This document shows positions 54,063-64,000 of a stretch of DNA of 64,000 bases, one piece after another. Position 1 is the first letter of the stretch. Each line of letters begins with the position of its first letter. Source of the DNA: an uncultured Chloroflexia bacterium (lineage in GTDB: Bacteria > Chloroflexota > Anaerolineae > B4-G1 > SLSP01); the NCBI GenBank assembly GCA_963751345.1, contig CAVVUS010000022.1, positions 96,001 through 160,000 on the forward strand, read 5' to 3'. Both the position numbers and the translations under genes were made by a program. The notes beneath the pieces were generated by a model. The model was not told where the DNA came from and ran no database searches. It was given only the letters and a program-made list of their open reading frames with translations.

Positions 54063-57000
54063 TTATGGATACGAAAAGACCACCACCACAGGGTCGTGGT
54101 CCGACACACGCTTCGGCGAAGTGTCGCCCGGCAGGGGCAGCGTGAAATCCGCGTTGGTGTGCAACACCTGCACGCCAGTCAGATGCTCATAGAGCGATGG
54201 CGTCACCAGGATGTGGTCCAGGGTCTCCGATTCGCCCTGGTAGACGTAAGTGTACGGGAGATTGGGCGCGACAAACTCATACACGTGACGCAAACCCGAG
54301 TCCCGCAACGTGTCGATGGGAGCCGAATCGTAGAAGGAGTTCAGGTCGCCCAACACAGCGACCTGCGCCGCAGGATCGCGCGCCACCAGGTGCGCGACCA
54401 GATCGGCATTCCACGCGGCCTGCGCCACGCGGCGTGGCTCGGTGGGCAGTTCACCACCTGACATGGAGAGGAAGTGGTTGTCGATCACGTACACCGTCTG
54501 GTCGCCATCCGTGAGGTGAACCGTCACCGTGATCATCAGCGGCGGACGGCTCGTGAGCCCCTCCGGCGCAGGATATTGGCCGACGCTCTCGATGGTCGCC
54601 TGATCTCCACGCACCAGGAAGCCTACGTCGATACCACGCGAGTCGAAACCCTCGATCAAGACAGGCAGATAGCCATAGTCAGCGACTAACGGCTCGGCGA
54701 CCAAATCCTCCAGGATACCGATGTTTTCGACTTCCTGCAGGCCAACGATCGTCGGGGCCCCCATCGCGTCGACCGTTGCGGCCATCTTCTCCAGATCGAG
54801 GTCGTAGGCGGCCAATGTCGGCCGTGGCGGATCCGAAGGGTGCGGGTCGAAGATGTCGAACAGGTTCTCCGCGTTGAACGTCGCGATACTGAACTCGTCC
54901 GGCCCGGCTGGCGAGAGCGTCGGCAGCGTGACCTCGTGTGTGATCACAGTTGGCGCGGCAATGGGCTCGATCTTGTAAGCCTCATAGGTGTAGGCCAGCG
55001 GACCCACCAGGTTGCCGACGAGGTCGCCCTCGTCCACAGCCAGCGGCAACGTGGTCCGGTCGGCGTGGGTCACGTTGGAGCCGTCATCGGCGAAGATGAT
55101 CATCCCCTTGGGCTCGCCCTTCCGCACCCGGTCGATGCCCCACGACGTCTTGACCAACGCCGTCTCTCCGTACTGATCTGTGGGCCCCACCACCACCGCG
55201 GGCTCGGTCACGGCGACCAACATGCCCTCAAGCGATTCGTAATAGCTCCTGGCCTCGCCCACATCTGCAGGTGGATCGAGCTCCACAGGTGTGGGTAGGT
55301 CGTGCGTATCGGTCATCACCTCGATCGCCGCGGGGTCCTCGACGTAGATCACAGTCTGGTCCGAGAGTTCGCGAACCCGACCCGAGACCTTCACGATATC
55401 CCCTGCGGACAGCAGAAGCTCCGGGTCCCCACCCATCACAAAGAGACCCTCCGACGTCAGCGGATTATCGTCAGTCACCACCGACTGGATCCAGAAGCCG
55501 CCCAGCTCCGGGAACACGCCGGTCACGATGCCCTGCGTCGTAGCCTCGCTCCGCACAAAAGGTGAATGTGAGCCGTCGCCCTGGATCGCCCAAATGGGCA
55601 CCCCCGCGCCGACGAAGGTCAGCCTCGGCTCCGCGACCACCGGCGTCGGCCACTCCGTCGCGACAGCCTCCGCGTAGGCCTCAAAGCTGCCGTCCGTGAT
55701 GCCCGCCTTGACCTTCACGGTGTAGCTAACGGTCACCGAATCCCCGCTCGGCGCAAGCTCGGGAATAGTCCAGACAAGCGTGCCGCTCGATCCACGCGCC
55801 GGATCGCCCGTGCTCGTCACCACATCGACATAATCCAGCGGGGCCTCTGCCGTGATCTCCAGGTCGGTCAGCGTCGAGGTCGTGGTGTTGTGAGCCGTCA
55901 GCGTGTAGGTTACCAGGCCCCCGGACGCCACGTCAATCGGCGCCATCGCGTCCAGCATCAACTCCGGCGGGTAGACCCGCACGAAGTCCTCGGCCAGGCG
56001 CGGTTCGATCTCCCACTGCCCATCATAGAGCTCGCTGATGCCGGTGACGCGATAGCGGTCGCCCACGTCGATGAACTCAGGGCTGAAGTTGGCCTCCTTG
56101 TCGATGTAGAGGAGGACAGTATCCCCGGCGTCGTCCAACACGTCAGCCTCGTAGCTGTAGCTGAACTCGTCCAGCCGCGTGATCGTCCCCTCCACCTGGA
56201 CCAGGCGTCCGGGCACCGACGCATCGTGCGTGGCTGCATACGCCGAGACCGAGAGAGGGTCCGGTGGGGTCGCGGCGGAGGCCAGAATCTCCACGTCATC
56301 CGGATAGGTTCCGGGCACGAGCTCGACGGAATCCCGGTAGACCTGGATCTCGCCCGTCACCCGAACGCGTTCGTCGAGGTGCACGGTGACGACGCCCTGG
56401 GCACCGGCACAATAGACCTGAACGCCGCCGGTCTCGTCTTGGAGATAGAACTTCGTCCCGGTCGACCCGGCGAAGAAACCGCCCGTATACATCGTGGCGG
56501 TCCCCTCAACCGTGACGGTCTCGCCAACCAGCCCCCGCGCCGTCGCGATGGGGATGGCGCCCCCCGCGACACTTACCGCGACGAAAGGGCCGTAGTCGCC
56601 CATCGGCCAATCCGGGGTGCTGACACTGTATCCCTTGAACTGCACCGTACCATACCGCCAGGGGCTCTGCATCGTGAGCTCAGCCTGGTTCGTTCGCGCC
56701 GGCGTGCAGTTCCGAAATGGTCCACGCCAACCCTGTCCCTGCGGCGCCCGCTTCATCATTGGCGAGGGGCGCCAGATGCTCCCCCGTGGGCTCCGACTGA
56801 GCTGAGACGCCCTCAGGGAGTGGCAGCGTGACTTTGAGGTCGGCCAAGTCCCGATCGGTATGGTTCTCAACCGTCACCTGGACGGCAAACTCGGTGCCGG
56901 GCGTCACCGTCACAGGCGCCGAGGCCGAGATCACCAACCCCTGGGCCTGCGCGGGCGTCGTGTCGGCACCGCTGTTCTGCGGCAGGGGATCCTGGCGCGC

Positions 57001-57654
57001 GACGAAGTCCAATGAGCTGTCATCCGTATCCTGGGCGTTGCCGGCCTGGCCGCCTGGCTTCCGCTCCAGGCTCACCCCACCCTCAGGCGCCGGTGCGGGC
57101 ACATCGGCGATGAAATCCGTTGGCGCGTCCCCCCATCCCAACGTGTCCACGACGGTGGCATCGGCATTGCGGAGCTGCAGCCCGCCGCGCCGCTCGAAGA
57201 GTGGGACGTCAAAAACCGCGTCGGGCGCGGCCCCTACGTCCTCCCCTTCTCTCACCAGTAGGAGATGACCGTAGCCAGGGAGGCCCGTGGGACTACCCCA
57301 AATGTGGAGTCGCTTCTCCTCCTGATCATCGGACATCCGGTACCAGAGGGACCAGCCCTTGAGGTCCACTGCCTCCGGCCCGGCGTTATACAGCTCGACG
57401 AATTCGTGATTGTTGTCACCGGGCACGCCGGGCACGAACTCGCTGATGAGCACCCCACTCGTCTTGAGAGGCGCCGGGGTCGCCGTCGGTTCTGGGGTAG
57501 GGGTACCGGCCGCCGGAGACTGGGCCGGCTCTTCCGTAGGCAGTAACGTCGTCGTACAACCACTGATAAGTCCGGAAATCAACGCCGCAATCAACACCAC
57601 GCGTCGGGACAACTGACTCACTAGCAGATCTCCTCCGTAGGGAAGTGCCCCCAT
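54063..57654 (-). CDS. ExeM/NucH-like extracellular nuclease lipoprotein (lamin-tail, DUF11-like, OB folds, EEP domain; frameshift near 56700-56810)
   Basis: Lipobox LISGC; LTD EFVELYN..VDLKGWSL; OB FYLQDETGG and YESLEGMLV; EEP TFNAENLFD, LQEVEN, GDLN, LDHIL, SDHDPV. Confidence 0.88.
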
Positions 57655-57784
57655 TATAAGGCAAGACGGGCGGTTGGACAGAGCTCAGGAGCTTGTGCTG
57701 TCAGTCCGGTTGTCCCTAGAATAGCAGAGATACGGACGCTGGCAGATGTCCATGCAGAGACGACGGCTCGAGGAGCCAAGACAC

Positions 57785-58570
57785 ATGCATACCGTTCAAT
57801 TCGGCAAGGTGACACTCAGCAGGCTGATCCTCGGAGGAAACCCCTTCAGCGGGTTCTCGCACCAGAATCCGGATATGGACCGCGAGATGGTCAAGTGGTA
57901 CACGACGGCGCGGATCAAGGAAACGATGCACCAGGCGGAGGCGCTCGGCATCAACACCTTCCTGGGTCGCGCCGACAAGCACATCCGCCGCACGTTGCTG
58001 GAGTACTGGGACGAAGGTGGCACCCTCCAATGGTTCACCCAGACCGCGCCCGAGTTCAGCAGTCTCAGCGCCAACGTCGCGCAGGCCATCGACACGGGAG
58101 CCTCGGCCATCTACCTCCACGGCGGACAGATGGACTTTCTTTTTGCCCAGAAGCAGTTCGACACTATCGAGGCCTTTGTCCGGCAGGTGAAGGATGCCGG
58201 TCTCCCCGTGGGAGTCGCGGGGCACAATCCCGCAGTACACGCCTGGGCAAACGAGAATCTGGATCTCGACTTCCACATGTGCTCCTACTACAACCCCACG
58301 CCCCGCGATAGGAACCCTGAGCACATCCGTGGCGCCGCCGAACGCTTCGATCCCGGTGACCGCGACGCGATGGTAGCGATCATCCAGGCGCTGCGCGCAC
58401 CTGCCATCCATTACAAGATCTTCGCGGCGGGCCGCACCGATCCCAAAGAGGCCTTCGCCTTCGTCGCCCGGCATCTCCGCCCCCAGGACGCCGTCTGCAT
58501 CGGCGTCTTCCCAAAGATCAAGGCGGATATGCTGGCGGAGGATGTGAGGCTATTTGAGGAGGCCCTGTAA
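57785..58570 (+). CDS. Uncharacterised TIM-barrel (aldo/keto-reductase-like) protein
   Basis: GAGGAG RBS; SRLILGGNPFSGFSH; GVAGH; YKIFAAGR; overlaps the GH4 start (TAATG). Confidence 0.7.
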   Translation: MHTVQFGKVTLSRLILGGNPFSGFSHQNPDMDREMVKWYTTARIKETMHQAEALGINTFLGRADKHIRRTLLEYWDEGGTLQWFTQTAPEFSSLSANVAQAIDTGASAIYLHGGQMDFLFAQKQFDTIEAFVRQVKDAGLPVGVAGHNPAVHAWANENLDLDFHMCSYYNPTPRDRNPEHIRGAAERFDPGDRDAMVAIIQALRAPAIHYKIFAAGRTDPKEAFAFVARHLRPQDAVCIGVFPKIKADMLAEDVRLFEEAL

Positions 58571-59958
58571 TGTCCCAAACCCCGATTGACATCAAGATCG
58601 CCTACATCGGCGGTGGAAGTCGCTACTGGGCACAGATGGTGATGACCGATCTCGCCTTGTGCCCACACCTGACCGGCGAGATTGCGCTCTATGACATCAA
58701 CTACGATGCGGCACTGAAAAACGTCGAGCGCGCCAAGGCGATCTATGGCCACCCGGAGGCGAGAACCACGTTTGAGGTCAACGCTTACCATACGCCGGAA
58801 CAGGTCTTCGTGGATGCGGACTTTGTCTTCCTTTCGATCCTGCCGGGACCGATGCAGATGTTTGCGAACGACATCGATATCCCCAAGGCCTACGGCATTC
58901 TACAGAGCGTGGGCGATACGACCGGACCCGGCGGCATCAGCCGGGCACTGCGCACGGTCCCGACCTACGTAGAGTATGCTCATCAGATCATGGAGCACTG
59001 CCCCAACGCCTGGGTCATCAACTACACCAACCCGATGACCCTCTGCACCGCCGCGCTCTACGCCGCGGAGCCAGAGATCAAGGCCTTCGGCTGCTGCCAC
59101 GAGGTCTTCGGGACACAGCACATGCTGGCAGAGCTGGTCCACGAGAGGATGGACGTGCCAATGCCGCGACGGCAGGAGATCAAGACTGACGTTGCCGGCG
59201 TCAACCACTTCACATTCGTCCCCAAAGCCGCGTGGCAGGGGGAGGATCTCTATCCATTGCTCTACGACCATATGCAGCAGGATGGCTTCTGGGATGATCG
59301 GACCGAGTGGTCCGCGATGGCCAAGGCCCAGGGATTGTGGTTCTCGTCACAGCACCTGATCGCCTTCGACTTCCTGCGCAACTTCGACGTCCTCGGCGCG
59401 GCAGGGGACCGCCATCTGGCGGAGTTCGTCCCCTGGTACCTGACGACCGAGGCCGACCTCAATCGCTACGGCGTCATCCTGACGCCGTCCAGCTACAGGC
59501 TGGGGACGTGGCAGCCGCCGCAGAATGCGCCGGGCGCTGCGGCAGGTGGGCGAGCGGAGGAGGATGCCAAGCTGATCTTCTCGGGAGAGGAGGGCGTCCA
59601 GCAGATGCTGGCTCTGCTGGGTATCGAGCCACTGGACACCAACGTCAACCTCCCCAACTACGGACAGATGCCCGACCTTCCACTGGGTGCCGTCGTCGAG
59701 ACCAACGCCCAATTCCGCCACAACCAACTCACGCCCGTGGTCCCCGTCCCGCTGCCCGACGGGCTGCTCAACTTGGTGCGCCATGTGGTCGACGTCCAGC
59801 AGTTGACGCTCGATGCCGCGTTGCTCAAGGACAAAGAACTCGCCTTTGAGGCATTGCTCCACGATCCACAGTGCCACATCCCCCCGGACCGGGCCCGCGC
59901 GATGTTCGACGAACTTCTCCAGGCCAACAAGGCGATGCTGCCGGGGTGGGACATTTAG
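58570..59958 (+). CDS. GH4 glycosidase, probable alpha-galacturonidase
   Basis: KIAYIGGGS, QSVGDTTGPGG, INYTNPM, GCCHEV, AGVNHF, DRHLAEF. Confidence 0.9.
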   Translation: MSQTPIDIKIAYIGGGSRYWAQMVMTDLALCPHLTGEIALYDINYDAALKNVERAKAIYGHPEARTTFEVNAYHTPEQVFVDADFVFLSILPGPMQMFANDIDIPKAYGILQSVGDTTGPGGISRALRTVPTYVEYAHQIMEHCPNAWVINYTNPMTLCTAALYAAEPEIKAFGCCHEVFGTQHMLAELVHERMDVPMPRRQEIKTDVAGVNHFTFVPKAAWQGEDLYPLLYDHMQQDGFWDDRTEWSAMAKAQGLWFSSQHLIAFDFLRNFDVLGAAGDRHLAEFVPWYLTTEADLNRYGVILTPSSYRLGTWQPPQNAPGAAAGGRAEEDAKLIFSGEEGVQQMLALLGIEPLDTNVNLPNYGQMPDLPLGAVVETNAQFRHNQLTPVVPVPLPDGLLNLVRHVVDVQQLTLDAALLKDKELAFEALLHDPQCHIPPDRARAMFDELLQANKAMLPGWDI

Positions 59959-59985
59959 TTCGGGTATGGAGGTGTGGGCAGAGGA

Positions 59986-61017
59986 ATGGATCTGACTTCA
60001 TTGGCGCAATCGCTTGACGCGTCCGTCGATGAGAAAGACTTCTCCGGCGTGATTCGACTTCGCTACGACGGCACGACCATCTACGAGCGCGCGGCGGGCT
60101 TTGCCGATCGAGCCAATCGCGTCCCGAACACCCTTGATACACGCTTTGGCATCGCGTCCGGAACAAAGTTCCTCACAGCGCTCGCCATCGGCCAACTCAT
60201 CGAAGCCGGGCGTCTCACGCTCGATACCCGGCTGGTCGACGTCCTCGACCTTGGCTTCGCCCAATACGATCCGGGGATCACGATTCAGCACCTCCTGACC
60301 CACACGTCGGGGATTCCCGATTACTACGACGAAGAGAACGTCAAAGACTTTGACGGCTTCACCGTGAGCGTGCCGTGGTCCGAGCTCAAGGGGCCGCGCG
60401 ATTACCTGGCCGTCTTCCCGGACGAGCCGATGAAGTTCGCTCCCGGCGAACGCTTTTCCTACTCAAACGGTGGCTTCATCGTGCTCGGCATTGTCATCGA
60501 GGAGCTGACCGGCTTAACTTACCAACGGTTCGTTGAAACCGAGCTTCTTGGACCCGCCGGCATGGAGCGTTCGGGGTTCTTCGCGATGAACCGCCTCCCG
60601 GAACAAACAGCGCTGGGCTACGTACAAGAGCAGGATGGCTGGCGCACGAACATCTTTGACCTCCCTATCGTTGGTGCATCGGACGGCGGCGTCTTCACCA
60701 CCCTCGATGATCTGGCAAAGCTGTGGCGTGCCTTCTGGAACGACGAGATCCTTTCGCACGCGTTGGTCACAGCCTTTACAAAACCCTTTGTCCGCGCAGA
60801 GACCGAGGGCGAACACATCTATTACGGTCACGGCACTTGGATACGTGACGACGGAAGTGGAACCCGCGAAGTGTACATCGAGGGATGTGACGCGGGAGTA
60901 TCCTTCAGGTCGGGTACGAACCGTGCCGAAGCGTTCGAGTACACCGTGATCTCGAACACGACCGGCGGCGCGTGGCCCCTCCTGAAAGTGATCGATACAG
61001 CATCACGCCTCACCTGA
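59986..61017 (+). CDS. Serine hydrolase, beta-lactamase/D-peptidase family
   Basis: IASGTK (SxxK), LLTHTSG, FSYSN. Confidence 0.9.
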   Translation: MDLTSLAQSLDASVDEKDFSGVIRLRYDGTTIYERAAGFADRANRVPNTLDTRFGIASGTKFLTALAIGQLIEAGRLTLDTRLVDVLDLGFAQYDPGITIQHLLTHTSGIPDYYDEENVKDFDGFTVSVPWSELKGPRDYLAVFPDEPMKFAPGERFSYSNGGFIVLGIVIEELTGLTYQRFVETELLGPAGMERSGFFAMNRLPEQTALGYVQEQDGWRTNIFDLPIVGASDGGVFTTLDDLAKLWRAFWNDEILSHALVTAFTKPFVRAETEGEHIYYGHGTWIRDDGSGTREVYIEGCDAGVSFRSGTNRAEAFEYTVISNTTGGAWPLLKVIDTASRLT

Positions 61018-61169
61018 TTTGCCACAGTCAGACAGCTGAAGAGAATTACGCCGTGCACTCGGGCGAATATGTGGTAGAGTCTTAGGTACTGATTGGATCC
61101 TCCGCAGGGGTTTCTGCGGACTCAGGGAAAGCGAGCTGGAAGAACATCGAAGAGGAAAGGTCTGGGTGG

Positions 61170-61770
61170 ATGAACCCGCTGCATAAGCGGCTTGACAAGT
61201 GGCGCGAATACAACCAGATATCCAAAGTCGGTCAGATCGCACGTCGCGCCTTTGCGAACAACTCGTTTGACGGCATATTGACAATGGTCGGCGTAGTGAT
61301 GGGCAACTTCGTCGTCGGCGTCGAGAACGCCCAGGTGGTCGTGGTAACGGGCCTGTCCACCGCGCTGGCCATCGGCGTCTCCGGCGGTTGGGGTGCTTAC
61401 CTCACCGAGTCGGCCGAGCGACAGCAGGAACTCGATCAGCTCGAGCAATTCACGTTGACCGAGCTGCACAACACGAAGATCGGCAGGGCGGCGCGTTCGG
61501 CGGTATGGATGGTTGCCGCCATCGACGGCCTGTCGCCCTTCCTCGCCGCCCTTCTGGTGCTGAGCCCCTTCTTCCTCGCACCGCTACTTGCCGGCGGTTA
61601 GCTACGCCTACTATGCGTCGATCGGCATGGCATTACTTGCGCTCTTCGGGCTGGGGAACTACCTGGCGAGCATCTCCAAGAGGAACATGATCGTCTCGGG
61701 CATCAAGACGGCCATTGTAGGCGTAGTCTGCATTGCACTCAGCTACCTCATGGAGCGACTCACGGGATAG
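61170..61770 (+). CDS. VIT1/CCC1-family membrane protein (frameshift near 61595)
   Basis: NSFDGILT, SGGWGAYLTESAE, DGLSP; about 5 TMs. Confidence 0.78.
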
Positions 61771-62743
61771 CCACGTCCTGGTAGCGAAAGTACTCGGCGA
61801 CCATTGCCGGCGCCATTCCCTCGAAAATGCTGTTGCAGGTCGCCAACATGTACCCGCCGCCGAACCCACCCTGCGCCAAACAGCGGTCCACTTCTGCGCG
61901 CACCTCTCCCAGATCGTCACCGCACAACACGCGCACATCGGCGTTGCCCACCAGCACCAGATCCCACCCAAAGGCGCGCTTGATATGCTCAAGATCCATC
62001 CCGGCGATAGGGTCGAGGCCGTGGACGCCCGCAAATCCCGCCTCGACCGCCATCGGCAGCAGCGCCTCGACGTTACCATCAGAATGCCAGATCACGGGCA
62101 CCTCCAGCGTTTCGACGATCTGCCGATGAAAGGGCAGCACCATCTCTCGCCAGAGCGCAGGTGGGATCATTGGGCCGCGAGTGCTCCCGGCGTCGTCACC
62201 AAGCACCAGTGCCTCTGCACCCAGCTCGACGGCCCGCCGGTAGACGGCAACGCACCATTCGGTGCGGGCTACCAAGATGCGTTGGATGAAGCCAGGGTCG
62301 TCCATCAAGCGTAAGAAGAAGCGCTCAAAGCCCATCGCCATATAGGCAGCTGTGAACGGGCCGATGTGCGTGCCGAAGATCAGGCAGTGGTCCGGATATG
62401 CTGCCCGGACCTGGCGCACATCATCGTTGCCGAAACGATTCACGGCATCGTCCAAAGGTGGCGAATAGCGCCGGAGGTCGTCAAGAGTCTCGACGGCACC
62501 GCCAACATAGGTGCCATCCCGCCAGATCCTCCCCCACTCGTCCACGCCCGTGCCCCAGGCGTTGCTCCCCGGCAGCGACCGCGAGGGCATCATCACGCAG
62601 TCCTGGCCCGCGGCGGCGTACACGCCCACGGGGTCCGCGCAGCCGAGCGCCTCGTAGCAGGCGTCAATCCAGATCTCGAACCGCGGCACCTGATCGGACA
62701 CCTCGTGGTGCAGCGCGGCGAGGACTCGCTCCCTTGGCGTCAT
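61760..62743 (-). CDS. Uroporphyrinogen-decarboxylase-family protein
   Basis: MTPRERVLAAL, DEWG, MGFERF, GDD, WHSDGN, GGYML..CNSI. Confidence 0.88.
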   Translation of the reverse strand: MTPRERVLAALHHEVSDQVPRFEIWIDACYEALGCADPVGVYAAAGQDCVMMPSRSLPGSNAWGTGVDEWGRIWRDGTYVGGAVETLDDLRRYSPPLDDAVNRFGNDDVRQVRAAYPDHCLIFGTHIGPFTAAYMAMGFERFFLRLMDDPGFIQRILVARTEWCVAVYRRAVELGAEALVLGDDAGSTRGPMIPPALWREMVLPFHRQIVETLEVPVIWHSDGNVEALLPMAVEAGFAGVHGLDPIAGMDLEHIKRAFGWDLVLVGNADVRVLCGDDLGEVRAEVDRCLAQGGFGGGYMLATCNSIFEGMAPAMVAEYFRYQDVAIP

Positions 62744-63243
62744 TCCATTCGATCCGTCAATTCCAAGCGGCTGCAGAGCTCCGCGACGACTTGGTCCGCC
62801 GTCTTCCCTTCCGTGTTGACGTAAGTGCCGTACTCCACCTGCGACACCATGAAATGTACCGCGGCGGCCGCGGCCGGTCCGTACGACAACTCACGTCCGC
62901 GGTCCCGGGTCACGCATGTATCCAGCGAGGCCGTCAGCGTGAAGACGGCGGCCCCTTCCGGCAGTCGGGAGACCAAATCCTCTAGCTGACCGAGATGGTA
63001 GAAGTTGCCGTCGAATACGGCCGCGCCTCCGGCATCAAGCGCCGCCCGGGCCTTAGCTAAGGCGATCGAGTTGCCCTCCAGGAAGTTCTTCAACGGAATA
63101 CACGGTTCGTCCGTCTGATCCAGCCCGTGGTCATCCAACACCTTGTCGATCGAGACGTAGGGCCCCTGCAGGCGCTCGGCCAGCTTTCTCGCGACGGTCG
63201 TCTTGCCCACGCCAAGGGGACCCCGAACAATCACAGAGCGCAT
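62740..63243 (-). CDS. P-loop small-molecule kinase / AAA_33-like protein
   Basis: IVRGPLGVGKTT; ASLDTCVTRD lid motif. Confidence 0.82.
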   Translation of the reverse strand: MRSVIVRGPLGVGKTTVARKLAERLQGPYVSIDKVLDDHGLDQTDEPCIPLKNFLEGNSIALAKARAALDAGGAAVFDGNFYHLGQLEDLVSRLPEGAAVFTLTASLDTCVTRDRGRELSYGPAAAAAVHFMVSQVEYGTYVNTEGKTADQVVAELCSRLELTDRME

Positions 63244-63245
63244 CG

Positions 63246-64000
63246 TCAGCCCTCCCCATTCCCCGAGACAAGGCATCCTTCCGCCTGATACCGGCAGAAC
63301 AGATGTCCCCACTCGCTCTCCTGCCGCCAACGCTTCGCAATCGCGCGATACTTCAGCGGCCAATAGAGGTAATCCTGCTCGATCTCGGCGATCAACGTGG
63401 GCACGATCACCAGCGGCGTGTGCAGCACCAGCTTTTGGAGGGCCTTCGTCGGACCGTACCACGCGAGCCAAGCGAGGAAACTATGGCTGTTGTGACCCAC
63501 CCTGAATCCCCAACTCTCGCCGGAGACATCATCGCCCACGATCTCGATCTCAGCGGGATCGCCTACCCCGAGTCCCTGCTCGTGCGCCAGACGGATATAC
63601 CCGATGCTCAGCGGATCGAAGCCCATCAGCTTCGCGGCGACCGCATCAATCGCGACCTGATCCGCCGAGGCAAGGATCACGTTCTTGGTCAGGGGCCTGA
63701 TCATGCGCGGGCCGGCGCCATCGCCCGCCGTGGTACCATCCATCACGGCGACGATGCCGGGATGGATCTCCTTCTGAATGGCGAGCAAGTCCACCAGCGT
63801 CTGGTGAATCCACGAGTGAGTGTAGTGGCGGTATTTGCTCAACAGGCCGCCAAACGCGTTCTTCATCGCCCCCGTGGTCGTCGTGTACATATGCGTCTTG
63901 ACGGTCGGAAGATGGACGATGTTCTTGCCGATGAAAAAGTCCGGGATGCGGATGCCCTCTGGGTAGATGTGATCCAGCGCCAGCATCTTCGCCTTGGGCT
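63246..64000 (-). CDS. DUF362-family protein (5' end outside the window)
   Basis: LPTVKTH..TTGAMKNAFG; MDG..AGDG.GP; DQVAIDAVAA.LMG. Confidence 0.85.
   Translation of the reverse strand, partial: PKAKMLALDHIYPEGIRIPDFFIGKNIVHLPTVKTHMYTTTTGAMKNAFGGLLSKYRHYTHSWIHQTLVDLLAIQKEIHPGIVAVMDGTTAGDGAGPRMIRPLTKNVILASADQVAIDAVAAKLMGFDPLSIGYIRLAHEQGLGVGDPAEIEIVGDDVSGESWGFRVGHNSHSFLAWLAWYGPTKALQKLVLHTPLVIVPTLIAEIEQDYLYWPLKYRAIAKRWRQESEWGHLFCRYQAEGCLVSGNGEG

Overview
A GC-rich bacterial chromosomal window with about 45 genes, most consistent with a Chloroflexota (Anaerolineae-like) genome; this is inferred from gene families, not from a search. About 20 genes, including essential obgE, are split by 1-2 nt indels, which points to an unpolished long-read assembly rather than real pseudogenes. 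Contents in order: a Ser/Thr kinase, pseudokinase-PP2C, PEBP and cyclophilin block; an MFS transporter; obgE; a large two-barrel surface glycosidase; an EAD/Death-like-PQQ propeller-CHAT protease gene divergent from an HD protein; an orphan sensor kinase; cysE-cysK; a GT4-WcaJ-YgeY-psuG-degenerate GH35 run; acylphosphatase through a metallophosphoesterase; RNase P RNA; rpsF-ssb-rpsR with an S6:S18 leader; a SurA-like protein; rel; a repeat-built secreted protein next to a glycosylation cluster with two AlkP-family enzymes; rpiA; msrPQ; an ExeM-like nuclease; and GH4 and other metabolic genes. No CRISPR array, tRNA, rRNA, prophage or transposase was seen. Best leads: the EAD-propeller-CHAT conflict-type protein, a hidden Cys-rich segment in frame with cysE, a candidate S-layer plus glycosylation locus, and a covarying REP-like palindrome family.
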